A DNA stretch of 62,354 nucleotides, taken from a virus (lineage: Duplodnaviria; Caudoviricetes). Made by a program: the position numbers and the translations under genes. Every line of letters begins with the position of its first letter. The first letter of the stretch is position 1. The stretch lies in the IMG/VR virus record IMGVR_UViG_3300042868_011200, positions 1 to 62,354 of that record, one strand, 5' to 3'. Below are positions 19,949 to 30,253 of this stretch, piece by piece. The notes below the pieces were generated by a model that was given only the letters and a program-made list of their open reading frames with translations, was not told where the DNA came from and did no database searches.

Positions 19949-20603
19949 TAAGTGTAAGGAAGAAAAAAATGTTTGTGAGTTTGGTAAATTAAAAACTTCT
20001 AAAGATGGGTTTTTATATTCTTGTAAAAAATGTAATAATAAAAGAAGCGTTGATTATCGTAAAAATAATCCTGAAAAGGTATTGGAATTAACGAGGAATT
20101 GGACCAAAAAAAATCCTGAGTGGGTTTATAATCGTCACAAAAAATGGAGAGAAGAAAACCCAGAAAAAAATAAAGAATTAAAAAAAAATTGGTATAAAAA
20201 TAACCCTTACAAACGGAAAGAATACCGAGAAAATTACAAACCAAGGAAACACGAACAAAGAAAAGAAAGACGAGAATCCGACCCTATTTTTGCATTAATT
20301 AATAATGTTAGAAGTCGTCTTTACAAATACCTAACCAAGTTGGATATCACTAAAAAAAACAAAACATTTGACATTGTGGGGTGTAATCCCTTACAATTAA
20401 AAGAACATTTAGAAAAACAATTTGTTGATGGTATGACATGGAAAAATAAAGGGGATTGGCATATTGACCACATCATTCCTTTATCTTCCGCAAAAACAGA
20501 AGATGAATTATATAAACTATGTCATTATACTAATCTACAACCACTTTGGGCTATTGAAAATATTAAAAAAAGTAACAAAATTTTGTCAAAAGATTTAATT
20601 TAA
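19929..20603 (+). CDS. Free-standing HNH endonuclease (putative homing endonuclease)
   Basis: N-terminal CSKC...CKKC zinc finger, basic [WY]-x-x-x-N-P repeats, C-terminal WHIDHIIP...HYTNLQPLW..EN..KSN. Confidence 0.85.
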   Translation: METKVCSKCKEEKNVCEFGKLKTSKDGFLYSCKKCNNKRSVDYRKNNPEKVLELTRNWTKKNPEWVYNRHKKWREENPEKNKELKKNWYKNNPYKRKEYRENYKPRKHEQRKERRESDPIFALINNVRSRLYKYLTKLDITKKNKTFDIVGCNPLQLKEHLEKQFVDGMTWKNKGDWHIDHIIPLSSAKTEDELYKLCHYTNLQPLWAIENIKKSNKILSKDLI

Positions 20604-20608
20604 AATCT

Positions 20609-21607
20609 GTGAAAAAGACTCTCCTTATTGACGGTAATAACCTCTTTAAAATTGGTTTCCATGGCGTGAAAGATTATTTCCACAATGGAAACCATATTGG
20701 AGGTCTTTTCCATTTTATTAATACTTTAAGAAAGTTTATCGACGAACACAATTTTGATAAAGTTATTGTGTTTTGGGACGGTGAGGAATCTCGCTCACAA
20801 AGAGAAGTACTTTATCCAAAATATAAAATGAACCGCAGACTTACGTTTGAGGACCCCATCTATATGTCATATTTGTACCAAAAAAACAGAGTTAAACAAT
20901 ACTTGGAGGAAATGTACGTCAGACAACTTGAAGTTCAAGGAATCGAAGCTGACGACTTAATGGCTGAGTATTGTCATATATCTGAAAATGAAGAAAAATT
21001 AATCTTCTCAGGCGACCGAGATTTAACCCAACTCATTTCTGATAAAGTATCCGTATATTCACCAAATTTACGAGCAATATTTAAAAACGGAGATAAAATT
21101 AAATTAAATGATTTTGAATTTCCCCACTATAATATTTTAACTCTAAAAATTATGATGGGAGATAAATCCGATAACATTGAAGGTATCCAATCTTTAGGAG
21201 AAAAGACCCTTGTAAAATTATTTCCTGAAGTACTTGAAAGAAAAGTGACTTACCAAGAATTATTGGGAAAGGCGGAAATATTATTAAAAGAACAAAAAGA
21301 TAATACAATTTTAAAAAATATTTTGACTGGTAAGACAAAGTCAGGTATATTTGAACAAGAGTACTATCAAGTGAATGAAAAAATTGTTGATTTGTCTAAT
21401 CCATTATTAAATGATGAGGCAAAAAAACAAGTAGGATTAATTCATACTGAAAAATTGGACACAGAAGGTAGAAGTTATAAGAATCTTATCAAATTTATGG
21501 TGAATGATGGAATTTTTAAATTTTTACCTAAAACAGACGACGCATGGACATATTTTATAACACCATTTTTAAAGTTAACAAGAAAAGAAAAAAGTAAAAC
21601 AAAGTAA
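20609..21607 (+). CDS. 5'-3' exonuclease / flap endonuclease (T4 RNase H, PolA N-terminal-like)
   Basis: LLIDGNN, YKMNR, EADD, SGDRDLTQL and GDKSDNIEGI motifs; GTG start. Confidence 0.9.
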   Translation: MKKTLLIDGNNLFKIGFHGVKDYFHNGNHIGGLFHFINTLRKFIDEHNFDKVIVFWDGEESRSQREVLYPKYKMNRRLTFEDPIYMSYLYQKNRVKQYLEEMYVRQLEVQGIEADDLMAEYCHISENEEKLIFSGDRDLTQLISDKVSVYSPNLRAIFKNGDKIKLNDFEFPHYNILTLKIMMGDKSDNIEGIQSLGEKTLVKLFPEVLERKVTYQELLGKAEILLKEQKDNTILKNILTGKTKSGIFEQEYYQVNEKIVDLSNPLLNDEAKKQVGLIHTEKLDTEGRSYKNLIKFMVNDGIFKFLPKTDDAWTYFITPFLKLTRKEKSKTK

Positions 21608-21614
21608 AATTTTT

Positions 21615-22070
21615 ATGAAAGAGCAGCAAAATGACATTACAAAGTTGGAGTTCCTAATGACGGTAAACGACAACTTTATTGTCCAACGATTCTTCAATGT
21701 GAAGGATTACAATCCAAAGGCAAAAAACTCAGTAGAACTTTTGGGACTATTGGAGTACTTTGTTGAAGACATGAAACAACGACTAAAGATGAAAAGTGTT
21801 TCCTATATGTCTGACAATCAGTATGAAATTATTGAAAATCCTGAAGTACTTGAAACTTCATTTACCGATGGACCTGAGGTGTTTAATTTGTATTTGAAAT
21901 ACAATGGTGTTGTAATGTATCACTATACATTTGACGCTAAACCATATCCACCTAAAATTAGATATACTGTAGATATTCGACCGTATTTGAAGGAAATTCT
22001 ATCGAATCTTACTGAGGTTTTCTCATCGAAAAATTTAACTTACGAATTCATGGGTTACTCACTAGTCTAA
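21615..22070 (+). CDS. Hypothetical protein
   Basis: 151-aa ORF tightly packed between exonuclease and helicase. Confidence 0.7.
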   Translation: MKEQQNDITKLEFLMTVNDNFIVQRFFNVKDYNPKAKNSVELLGLLEYFVEDMKQRLKMKSVSYMSDNQYEIIENPEVLETSFTDGPEVFNLYLKYNGVVMYHYTFDAKPYPPKIRYTVDIRPYLKEILSNLTEVFSSKNLTYEFMGYSLV

Positions 22071-22094
22071 CAATATTTAATAAAAAAGACTAGC

Positions 22095-23465
22095 ATGGCT
22101 GACAAGAATTTTGATTATTTAGGGAATACATTCCAACAACAACTTATCAATCAAATAATAGTTGATAAGAATTTTGCACACTCTATTTTGGATGTTTTAG
22201 AGTCAAATTATTTTGAAAACAAGTATTATAAAATCATCATACAGATGATTAAAGAATACTACAAAAAGTTTGATTGCCAACCTACCTATGACACATTATA
22301 TCAAATTATCAAGTCGGAGATTACCCAAGAGTTGATGTTAAAAATCACTTTGGATACAATTAATGAAATAAAAAATGTATCTGAAGAAGGCTCACTTTTT
22401 GTTCAAGAAAAGGCACTCAAATTTTGCAAGCAACAAGAGCTTCAGAAGGTAATGGGAAAAGCTCAAAAGATTATTGATGGAGGTGAGTTTGAAAACTATG
22501 ACACCCTTGAAGAGATGGTTAGAGAAGCTCTTCAAGTGGGTGTGATAGAAAAGGATACAGGGGATGTATTTGAAAACTTGGACCAAGTTCTTGAGGAGGA
22601 TTATCGTCACCCAATTCCAATGGGAATTCCAGGTATTGACAATCTATTGAAAGGTGGTCTGGCAAAAGGGGAAATCGGTGTAATACTTGCACCAACAGGT
22701 GTTGGTAAAACTAGTTTAACCACAAAAATTGCCAACCACGCATTTAATATGGGATTCAATGTGTTACAAATATTCTTTGAAGACAATCCAAAGATTATTC
22801 AAAGAAAACACTTTACCCTTTGGACTGGAATTGCACCTGACCTTCTTGGTGACCACAAAGAAGAGGTTATGAAGAAAGTAACCGAAGTTCAAGATAAGAT
22901 GAAAAACAGACTTATTCTTAAAAAACTTCCATCAGATACTTTGACTATGGGTCAAATTAAGAATCAACTCAGAAAGATGATTGCCGATGGAATTAAACTT
23001 GATGTTATTATCTTGGACTACATTGATTGTGTAACACCTGAGAAGATGATGGATGATGAATGGAAAAGTGAGGGTTCAGTAATGAGAGCATTTGAAGCAA
23101 TGTGTCACGAATTAAACATTGCTGGTTGGACAGCAACACAAGGAAACAGAAGTTCAATTTCATCTGAAGTTGTAACAACTGACCAAATGGGAGGTTCAAT
23201 TAAGAAAGCTCAAGTAGGTCACGTAATTATATCAGTAGCCAAAACATTACAACAAAAGGAACTCAAACTTGCGACTATTGCTATCACAAAATCACGTATT
23301 GGTAAAGATGGTGTAATCTTTGAAAACTGTAAATTTGATAATGAACTACTTGTAATTGATACAGAAAGTTCAATGACAATGTTAGGATTTGAAGAAAACA
23401 AAGAACAAAAAAATAGAGATAGAATTCGTGAAATTTTAGATAGAAAGAAACAACAAACAGTATAA
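22095..23465 (+). CDS. dnaB: Replicative SF4 helicase (DnaB/gp41-like)
   Basis: Walker [22 protein letters not shown] and KSRIG motifs. Confidence 0.9.
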   Translation: MADKNFDYLGNTFQQQLINQIIVDKNFAHSILDVLESNYFENKYYKIIIQMIKEYYKKFDCQPTYDTLYQIIKSEITQELMLKITLDTINEIKNVSEEGSLFVQEKALKFCKQQELQKVMGKAQKIIDGGEFENYDTLEEMVREALQVGVIEKDTGDVFENLDQVLEEDYRHPIPMGIPGIDNLLKGGLAKGEIGVILAPTGVGKTSLTTKIANHAFNMGFNVLQIFFEDNPKIIQRKHFTLWTGIAPDLLGDHKEEVMKKVTEVQDKMKNRLILKKLPSDTLTMGQIKNQLRKMIADGIKLDVIILDYIDCVTPEKMMDDEWKSEGSVMRAFEAMCHELNIAGWTATQGNRSSISSEVVTTDQMGGSIKKAQVGHVIISVAKTLQQKELKLATIAITKSRIGKDGVIFENCKFDNELLVIDTESSMTMLGFEENKEQKNRDRIREILDRKKQQTV

Positions 23466-23490
23466 TTATTATAAAACAATAGCATTTATT

Positions 23491-24438
23491 ATGGAAAAAA
23501 TATTGGTAGAAAATCCAAATCGTTTCGTTATATTTCCAATTGAACACAACGACATATGGGAATATTATAAAATGCACCAAGCAGCGTTTTGGACAGCTGA
23601 AGAGGTGGATTTGTCGGGTGACATTCGTGATTGGGAAAACCTTTCAGAGAATGAACAATACTTTGTTAAAAATGTATTGTCGTTTTTTGCGGCATCAGAT
23701 GGAATTGTTAACGAAAACTTGGCTGAAAATTTCTACCGAGAAGTACAATACCCTGAAGCAAAATTCTTTTACGGGATGCAATTGGCAATGGAGAATATCC
23801 ATAGTCTAATGTATTCACTTTTGATTGATACGTATGTGTCAAATCCAAACGAGAAAGATGAATGTTTCCATGCAATTGATAGACTTCCCGCTGTTCAAAA
23901 GAAGGCAAAGTGGGCTCTTGATTGGATTACAAATGCATCATTCCAAGAAAGACTTGTGGCATTTGCTGCAGTTGAAGGAATCTTCTTTTCAGGTTCATTC
24001 TGTTCAATCTTTTGGTTGAAATCAAGAGGAATCATGCAAGGTTTATGTAACGCAAATTCACTTATTTTTAAAGATGAAAATCTTCACTGTGACTTTGCAA
24101 TTCACCTTGTGAACAATCACTGTGAAAACAAACCAAGTGAAAAGAGAATCAAAGAGATTTTGTTGTCGGCCCTTGAGATTGAGAAAGAATTCATTACAGA
24201 ATCACTTCCAGTTTCACTTATTGGTATGAACTCAAATCTTATGAAACAATATCTTGAGTTTGTTGTTGATGGTTTACTTGTTAAATTTGGATGTAAAAAA
24301 CATTTTAATGTTGAACAACCATTTAAATTTATGGAACAAATTGCGGTTGAAACAAAAGGTAATTTCTTTGAATCAAGAACTGTCGAATATCAAAAGGCGA
24401 AGTTGAACGAAACATTGTCCTTTACGGATGACTTTTAA
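23491..24438 (+). CDS. nrdB: Ribonucleotide reductase class Ia beta subunit
   Basis: [38 protein letters not shown] and DENLH metal/radical motifs. Confidence 0.95.
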   Translation: MEKILVENPNRFVIFPIEHNDIWEYYKMHQAAFWTAEEVDLSGDIRDWENLSENEQYFVKNVLSFFAASDGIVNENLAENFYREVQYPEAKFFYGMQLAMENIHSLMYSLLIDTYVSNPNEKDECFHAIDRLPAVQKKAKWALDWITNASFQERLVAFAAVEGIFFSGSFCSIFWLKSRGIMQGLCNANSLIFKDENLHCDFAIHLVNNHCENKPSEKRIKEILLSALEIEKEFITESLPVSLIGMNSNLMKQYLEFVVDGLLVKFGCKKHFNVEQPFKFMEQIAVETKGNFFESRTVEYQKAKLNETLSFTDDF

Positions 24439-24457
24439 TTGATTATTTTATAAAACT

Positions 24458-26890
24458 ATGATGTCACTAAAAATTAAAAAACGTAGTGGGGATGATGCGT
24501 CATTTAACCCACAGAAAATATATAACCGAATTAAAAGAGCGGCTAAAGGATTAAATATTAATTCTGATGAAATTTTCATTAAAGTAATCACATCAGTACC
24601 AACTGAAGGTGAAATTACCACAAAGGAACTTGATAAGTTAATTTATGAGATTGCAGCCGCATTTACTGGAAGTCACCACGACTATTCAAGACTTGCATCA
24701 TCAGTTGCAATTTCTGCTTATCACAAAGAGACCGACCCAAGTTTCTCAAACACAATGCATACGTTACATATGGATGGTATTGTGAATGATAAATTTATGG
24801 AAATGATTGAGAGTTACGGACCATCAAATATTGATGAGGTTATTAATCACGACAATGATTATAATTTTGATTACTTCGCATGGAGGTCTCTACAAGAGAT
24901 GTATCTTTTGAAACTTCCAAGTGGTAAGACAATTGAAAGACCTCAACACATGTATATGCGTGTGGCGATTTGGGTTACTAATTCATTTGAACAAGCGGTT
25001 GAATATTATAAGTCACTTTCAAGTCAACTTATTTCACCGGCAACACCAATTATGATTAATGCTGGTACAAAAGTTCCACAACTTGCTTCTTGTGTTCTTC
25101 ATTTTAATGACGCAGATTCAAGAGAAGGGCTTTTGAATACTATGAGAGATATATCAACATATTCATCAGACGCTGCAGGTATTGGTCTTTCTATGTCAAA
25201 CATCAGAAGTAAAGAAAGCCGTATTACATCCTCAGGTGGATTTGCTGGTGGACTTTTGAAGTATTTGAAAATTGTTAATGAATCACTTCGTTTCTTTAAT
25301 CAACAAGGACGCAGACCAGGTTCAGCAGCAATTTACTTGGAACCTTGGCACAAAGATATTTTTGACCTTTTGGATATTAAAAAGAATACAGGAGCTGAAG
25401 AATTAAGAGCAAGAGATTTGTTTACCGCTCTTTGGATTCCTGATAACTTTATGAATGCTGTTAAGAACAATGGTGATTGGTATTTGTTCTGTCCAAATGA
25501 TATTAAGAAAGCTGGTATTAAAGCCCTCCAAGAATGTTATGGTGAAGAATACGAAGAAAACTATAACAAAGCAGTTGCTCTTGGAATTGGTAAAAAGACC
25601 AAGGCTCAAGAAATTTGGTCAAAGATAATTGAGTCACAAATTGAGACTGGTGTCCCATACCTTTGTTCAAAGGATAACGCAAACAAAAAGACAAATCATC
25701 AAAATATCGGTGTAATCAAACAATCAAATCTTTGTAATGAGATTTACCAATACACTGACGAGAAAACAACTGCAATCTGTACCCTATCGTCTATGGTTTT
25801 GAAAAACTATGTAAAGGATGGTGAGTTCGATTTTAAATCTTTATATGATGAAACTCGTAAAGTTGTAAGAGCATTGAACAAAGTTGTTAACATCAACAAT
25901 TACTCAACTGAAAAAGGACGTAAGGGTGGATTAGAACAAAGAGCAATTGCAATTGGAACACAAGGACTTGCTGACGTATTCTATTTGATGGATTACATTT
26001 TCACATCCGAAGAGGCTCGTAAATTGAACAAAGAGATTTTTGAGACAATCTATTTTGCGGCAATTACAGAAAGCAACAGATTGTGTATAGATGGTGAGTA
26101 TGAACCATATACTCACTTTAATGGGTCTCCTATGTCACAAGGAATATTCCAATTTGATATGTGGGGATTGAAAGAAGAAGAGTTATCAGGAAGATGGCCT
26201 TGGGGTATACTAAAACAAAATGTTATGAAATATGGTGTTTGTAACTCTTTATTCACCGCTCAAATGCCTGTGGCGTCTTCTGCTAAAATTACAGGTTCTT
26301 ATGAGATGACAGAACCAGCTCACTCAGCAATCTTTAACAGACGTGTCGTGGGTGGTGAGATTATGATTGTTAACAAGTATTTGATTAATGACTTTGAGAA
26401 GTTGGGTATTTGGGGGGAAGACCTAAAGAATGAAATCATTCTTAATGAAGGTTCAGTTCAGGGAATTAATTTTAATAATTACCTTGACCCTGAAGACAGA
26501 CAATACAATAAGAAAGTTAAAAGAATTGAGCACCTAATTCCAAAATACAAAACAATTTGGGAAATCTCGCAGAAGGAATTGATTGAAATGTCCGCAGACA
26601 GAGCTCCTTTTATTGACCAATCACAGTCAATGAATATCTATATGGGTAATCCAACTCTTTCAAAGATTTCATCATCTCACTTCTATGGATGGGAAAAGGG
26701 ATTGAAAACACTTTGTTATTATGTTAGAACAAAAGCAATTTCAACAGGAGCAAAACACTTGGCGGTTGATATCTCAAAAGTATCAAAACCAAGACCAACT
26801 CCTGAACCACCTAAAGTAGATTATTCATATATGAATTTACCACCAAAACCTGAGAATAGTGAGTTTGATTGTTTTGGATGTTCATCATAA
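24458..26890 (+). CDS. nrdA: Ribonucleotide reductase class Ia alpha subunit with ATP cone
   Basis: N-terminal IKKRSG..KI ATP cone, ATP.MINAG, QLASC, SNLCNEI, CYYVR and C-terminal CFGC. Confidence 0.95.
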   Translation: MMSLKIKKRSGDDASFNPQKIYNRIKRAAKGLNINSDEIFIKVITSVPTEGEITTKELDKLIYEIAAAFTGSHHDYSRLASSVAISAYHKETDPSFSNTMHTLHMDGIVNDKFMEMIESYGPSNIDEVINHDNDYNFDYFAWRSLQEMYLLKLPSGKTIERPQHMYMRVAIWVTNSFEQAVEYYKSLSSQLISPATPIMINAGTKVPQLASCVLHFNDADSREGLLNTMRDISTYSSDAAGIGLSMSNIRSKESRITSSGGFAGGLLKYLKIVNESLRFFNQQGRRPGSAAIYLEPWHKDIFDLLDIKKNTGAEELRARDLFTALWIPDNFMNAVKNNGDWYLFCPNDIKKAGIKALQECYGEEYEENYNKAVALGIGKKTKAQEIWSKIIESQIETGVPYLCSKDNANKKTNHQNIGVIKQSNLCNEIYQYTDEKTTAICTLSSMVLKNYVKDGEFDFKSLYDETRKVVRALNKVVNINNYSTEKGRKGGLEQRAIAIGTQGLADVFYLMDYIFTSEEARKLNKEIFETIYFAAITESNRLCIDGEYEPYTHFNGSPMSQGIFQFDMWGLKEEELSGRWPWGILKQNVMKYGVCNSLFTAQMPVASSAKITGSYEMTEPAHSAIFNRRVVGGEIMIVNKYLINDFEKLGIWGEDLKNEIILNEGSVQGINFNNYLDPEDRQYNKKVKRIEHLIPKYKTIWEISQKELIEMSADRAPFIDQSQSMNIYMGNPTLSKISSSHFYGWEKGLKTLCYYVRTKAISTGAKHLAVDISKVSKPRPTPEPPKVDYSYMNLPPKPENSEFDCFGCSS

Positions 26891-26894
26891 TAAT

Positions 26895-26926
26895 AATCCC
26901 GATACTATATCGGGATTTTTTATTTC
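26895..26926 (+). terminator. Intrinsic terminator after nrdA
   Basis: AATCCCGATA-cta-TATCGGGATT followed by Ts. Confidence 0.8.
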
Positions 26927-26932
26927 AAATAC

Positions 26933-26939
26933 TATTTAT
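26933..26939 (+). promoter_or_regulatory. TATTTAT motif 4 nt before ATG 26944
   Basis: TATTTAT-TAAT-ATG. Confidence 0.55.
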
Positions 26940-26943
26940 TAAT

Positions 26944-27711
26944 ATGTCTAATATTATACAAGAAGAAATTCAGAAAATAAAAAAAATGATGCTTTTGGAA
27001 GATTTAGTCCAAGAGGATGGTGTAAAAAAGTTAAAACAAACTTTAGACATTTTAAAAAAGAAAAAAAAAGTATTACTCCTAAGTTGCTCAAATAGATATA
27101 ATTGGGATGAAAATAACATTGATATTCCTAAGTCAAAAATAATAGCAATGTATTTGAATGAAGAACTTGGGGATAACTCGGTCTTTATTGACGTTCCTGA
27201 ACTTAAAATATTTCCTTGTGAAGGAAATGTCTCAAGAAAAGAAGGAAATAGTTGTGGTATTATGAAGTCATTATTAAAAGATGATAAAAAAAATCCTTCA
27301 GGATATCACAGATGTTGGGCTAGTTTAAATAATAAATCAGATGAACTTTGGAAAATATCTAAAGAACTATTTGAGTCAGATGCTGTCATATTTTTTAGTT
27401 CAGTAAGATGGGGACAGGCAAATATGTATTATCAAAATCTAATTGAAAGATTAACTTGGATTGAAAATAGATATAATACCTTAGGTGAAAAAAATATAGT
27501 TAAGGACATTGAAACGGGATTTATTTGTGTTGGACAAAATTGGAATGGTGAAAATGTAACCGAAACTCAAATGGATGTTCACAAATTTTATGGATTTGAA
27601 CCTAATAAAAAATTATATTGGAATTGGCAATACACAACAGATGTTTATGACGAAAGTAAATCTTCTTATAAAAAATCCCACAAAAAATTCATTGACGATA
27701 TGGGATTATGA
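26944..27711 (+). CDS. Flavodoxin-fold / NADPH-dependent FMN reductase (iron-sulfur flavoprotein-like); start revised from 26869
   Basis: VLLLSCSNR, IFPCEG..CG..RCW, SDAVIFFSSVRWG and LIERL motifs. The track's upstream start overlaps nrdA and its terminator. Confidence 0.7.
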   Translation: MSNIIQEEIQKIKKMMLLEDLVQEDGVKKLKQTLDILKKKKKVLLLSCSNRYNWDENNIDIPKSKIIAMYLNEELGDNSVFIDVPELKIFPCEGNVSRKEGNSCGIMKSLLKDDKKNPSGYHRCWASLNNKSDELWKISKELFESDAVIFFSSVRWGQANMYYQNLIERLTWIENRYNTLGEKNIVKDIETGFICVGQNWNGENVTETQMDVHKFYGFEPNKKLYWNWQYTTDVYDESKSSYKKSHKKFIDDMGL

Positions 27712-27883
27712 GGTTGGGTACTATAAGTACGTCTCAAACCAAAAACCAATAGTTGACTGTTTAAATTACTATCCGATAAATGATTTTATAACTGAGTATT
27801 TACTAAGACAAGAATTTGTCGAATTTGAATATGATAATGATACCCCAAAAACTATTGACGGTAAAATTATTGTTTTGATATAA
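27708..27883 (+). pseudogene. Small ORF with uncertain start, possibly frameshifted
   Basis: The ATGA-coupled start at 27708 is out of frame with the open frame VGYYKY...IIVLI that fills the gap. Confidence 0.3.
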
Positions 27884-27898
27884 ATTTAATATTTTCAG

Positions 27899-27905
27899 TA
27901 TTTAT
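27899..27905 (+). promoter_or_regulatory. TATTTAT motif 5 nt before ATG 27911
   Basis: TATTTAT-TTGAT-ATG. Confidence 0.55.
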
Positions 27906-27910
27906 TTGAT

Positions 27911-28360
27911 ATGGCAAACGGTAAATCATACGGTGTTACATTTCCATTTAGGGATTCATTTGATGGGAAATATTTAGACACTACTGACTTTGAGGACGAT
28001 GAAATTAGAAGTAGTTTAATTCATTTACTTCTCACAAGAAAGGGTTCTAGGTATTTTTTACCTGATTTTGGGACACGTTTATATGAATATATATTTGAAC
28101 CTCTTGATGGACCAACCTTTAATCAAATCGAGGCTGAAATCAGGGATTCTGTTGAAAAATATATTCCAAATTTACTTATTAATAAAGTTTCAGTTTATGC
28201 GGCAACTGATGATTTAGTTGAATCAGTTGTTCAAGATGGAGTTAATACATTTAATTTACCGGGTAGGAATAGTGTTGAATACACTGCAAAAGTAAAAATT
28301 GATTATACAATTACAAGTAATGTATTTAATCCGAGTGATTTTATAATTATTAATATATAA
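27911..28360 (+). CDS. Baseplate wedge protein gp25/gpW-like
   Basis: IRSSLIHLLLTRKGSRYFLPDFGTRLYEYIFEP. Confidence 0.9.
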   Translation: MANGKSYGVTFPFRDSFDGKYLDTTDFEDDEIRSSLIHLLLTRKGSRYFLPDFGTRLYEYIFEPLDGPTFNQIEAEIRDSVEKYIPNLLINKVSVYAATDDLVESVVQDGVNTFNLPGRNSVEYTAKVKIDYTITSNVFNPSDFIIINI

Positions 28361-28363
28361 AAT

Positions 28364-30202
28364 ATGGCAAACAAACAAATTTCATACACAACTAGAGACT
28401 TCCAGAACATTAGACAGGAGTTGATAAATTTTACAAAAACTTATTATCCTGATTTAGTTGCTAACTTTAATGATGCGGCAATCTTTAGTGTTTTTATGGA
28501 TTTGAATGCTGCCGTAACAGATAACTTACACTATCACATTGATAGAAGTATCCAAGAAACAGTATTACAATTTGCACAACAGAGGTCATCAATCTACAAT
28601 ATTGCTAGAACTTATGGATTAAAAATACCAGGACAAAGACCATCGGTTGCGTTATGTGAGTTTTCAATAACGGTACCGGCTTTTGGAGATGCTGAAGATT
28701 TGAGATATTGTGGTATTTTAAGAAGAGGAAGTCAAGTTCAGGGAGCGGGACAAATATTTGAAACAATATATGATATTGATTTTGCATCTGATTTTGGTAG
28801 TGATGGAACCGTTAATCGATTGGTAATTCCAAATTTTGACCAAAACAATATTTTAATTAATTATACAATTGTTAAAAAAGAACCAGTTGTTAATGGAGTT
28901 ACAAAAGTATTCCGTAAAACAATTTCAAATGCAGAATCAAGACCTTTCTATGAATTGTTCTTACCTGAAAGAAATGTACTAGGTGTTACAGGTGTTCTAT
29001 TAAAAGATGGTACAAACTACACTAATGTTCCTTCAGCTCAAGAATTTTTGGCACTTCCAAATAGATGGTATGAAGTTCAAGCATTAGCTGAAGATAGAAT
29101 TTTTATTGAAGACCCAACTAAAACTTCAGACACACCTGGAGTTAAAGTAGGAAAATATTTGCAAACAAATACAAGATTTATAACAGAATACACTCCTGAA
29201 GGATTTATGAAAATGACTTTTGGAGGAGGTAATACTTCTACTGACGAATTACTTAGAGAATTTGCAAGAAACGGAAACCCTCTTAACTTAGCAAAATATC
29301 AAAATAATTTTTCACTCGGCTCAACACTGAAATCAAACTCAACGTTGTTTGTTCAATATAGAATTGGAGGAGGAATTGGGTCAAATCTTGGAGTAGGTAT
29401 TCTCACTAACATAGGTACAATAACTTTTGTTGTAAATGGACCGTCACAAACCACTAATAATAGTGTGATTAGTTCTTTATCTTGTAATAATACAACCGCA
29501 GCAATTGGTGGTGCGAATATACCTACAACTGAAGAGGTTAGAAATTATGTAACATTTAATTTCTCCGCTCAGAATAGAGCGGTTACTGTCAATGACTATG
29601 AGGCAATTATAAGAAAAATGCCGTCACAATTTGGAGCGCCAGCAAAGGTCACAATTACTGAAGAAGACAACAAAATTTTAATAAATGTTTTATCGTATGA
29701 TTCTGACGGTAAACTAACCGCACAAATTTCTAACACATTAAAAACAAATATTGCAAATTATCTTTCAAATTATAGAATGATAAATGATTATGTTGTTGTA
29801 ACAACTGCTGAAGTAATTGATTTAATGTTTGACATTTCTTTGGTCTTAGATGCAACTCAAAATCAGGGAGTTGTAATATCAAATGCTATTACAAAAATTT
29901 CTGAATACATGAGTCCTGAAAATAGAAACTTAGGGGAAAATGTTAACATATCTGAAATTAGAAGAATCCTACAATCTGAAGATGGAGTAATATCGGTGGC
30001 CGATATTAGTGTATTTAATAAAGTAGGAGGTAAGTATTCATCCTCTGAAACATCACAAAGGTACTCAGACCCCGTGACCAAAAAAATTGAATTAATTGAT
30101 GAGACAATTTTTGCTCAACCAAATCAAGTATATCAAGTAAGGTTCAATAATGATGACATTAAAATAAGAGTCAAAAATCTATCGACTGTTAATTTCTCGT
30201 AA
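28364..30202 (+). CDS. Baseplate wedge protein gp6/gpJ-like
   Basis: RDFQNIRQEL, YRIGGG..SN and AQNRAVTVNDY motifs; follows gp25. Confidence 0.85.
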   Translation: MANKQISYTTRDFQNIRQELINFTKTYYPDLVANFNDAAIFSVFMDLNAAVTDNLHYHIDRSIQETVLQFAQQRSSIYNIARTYGLKIPGQRPSVALCEFSITVPAFGDAEDLRYCGILRRGSQVQGAGQIFETIYDIDFASDFGSDGTVNRLVIPNFDQNNILINYTIVKKEPVVNGVTKVFRKTISNAESRPFYELFLPERNVLGVTGVLLKDGTNYTNVPSAQEFLALPNRWYEVQALAEDRIFIEDPTKTSDTPGVKVGKYLQTNTRFITEYTPEGFMKMTFGGGNTSTDELLREFARNGNPLNLAKYQNNFSLGSTLKSNSTLFVQYRIGGGIGSNLGVGILTNIGTITFVVNGPSQTTNNSVISSLSCNNTTAAIGGANIPTTEEVRNYVTFNFSAQNRAVTVNDYEAIIRKMPSQFGAPAKVTITEEDNKILINVLSYDSDGKLTAQISNTLKTNIANYLSNYRMINDYVVVTTAEVIDLMFDISLVLDATQNQGVVISNAITKISEYMSPENRNLGENVNISEIRRILQSEDGVISVADISVFNKVGGKYSSSETSQRYSDPVTKKIELIDETIFAQPNQVYQVRFNNDDIKIRVKNLSTVNFS

Positions 30203-30232
30203 TCATTTATTTTTTCAAAATTATGAGTAAAC

Positions 30233-30239
30233 TATTTAT
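30233..30239 (+). promoter_or_regulatory. TATTTAT motif
   Basis: Intergenic, 14 nt before ATG 30254. Confidence 0.55.
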
Positions 30240-30253
30240 TAAAAAAAATAGTT

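Noticed and set aside
19737-20608. RNA-guided (HEARO/OMEGA-like) element or group I intron around the HNH
   Set aside because: No room for a structured RNA: the upstream gap is filled by the palindrome and small ORF, only 5 nt lie downstream, and flanking genes are intact.
26869-27711. NrdI assignment for the flavodoxin-like gene, and the 26869 start
   Set aside because: The RNR is class Ia, the gene is separated by a terminator, and its motifs fit the FMN-reductase/ISF type. The 26869 start would translate through the terminator.
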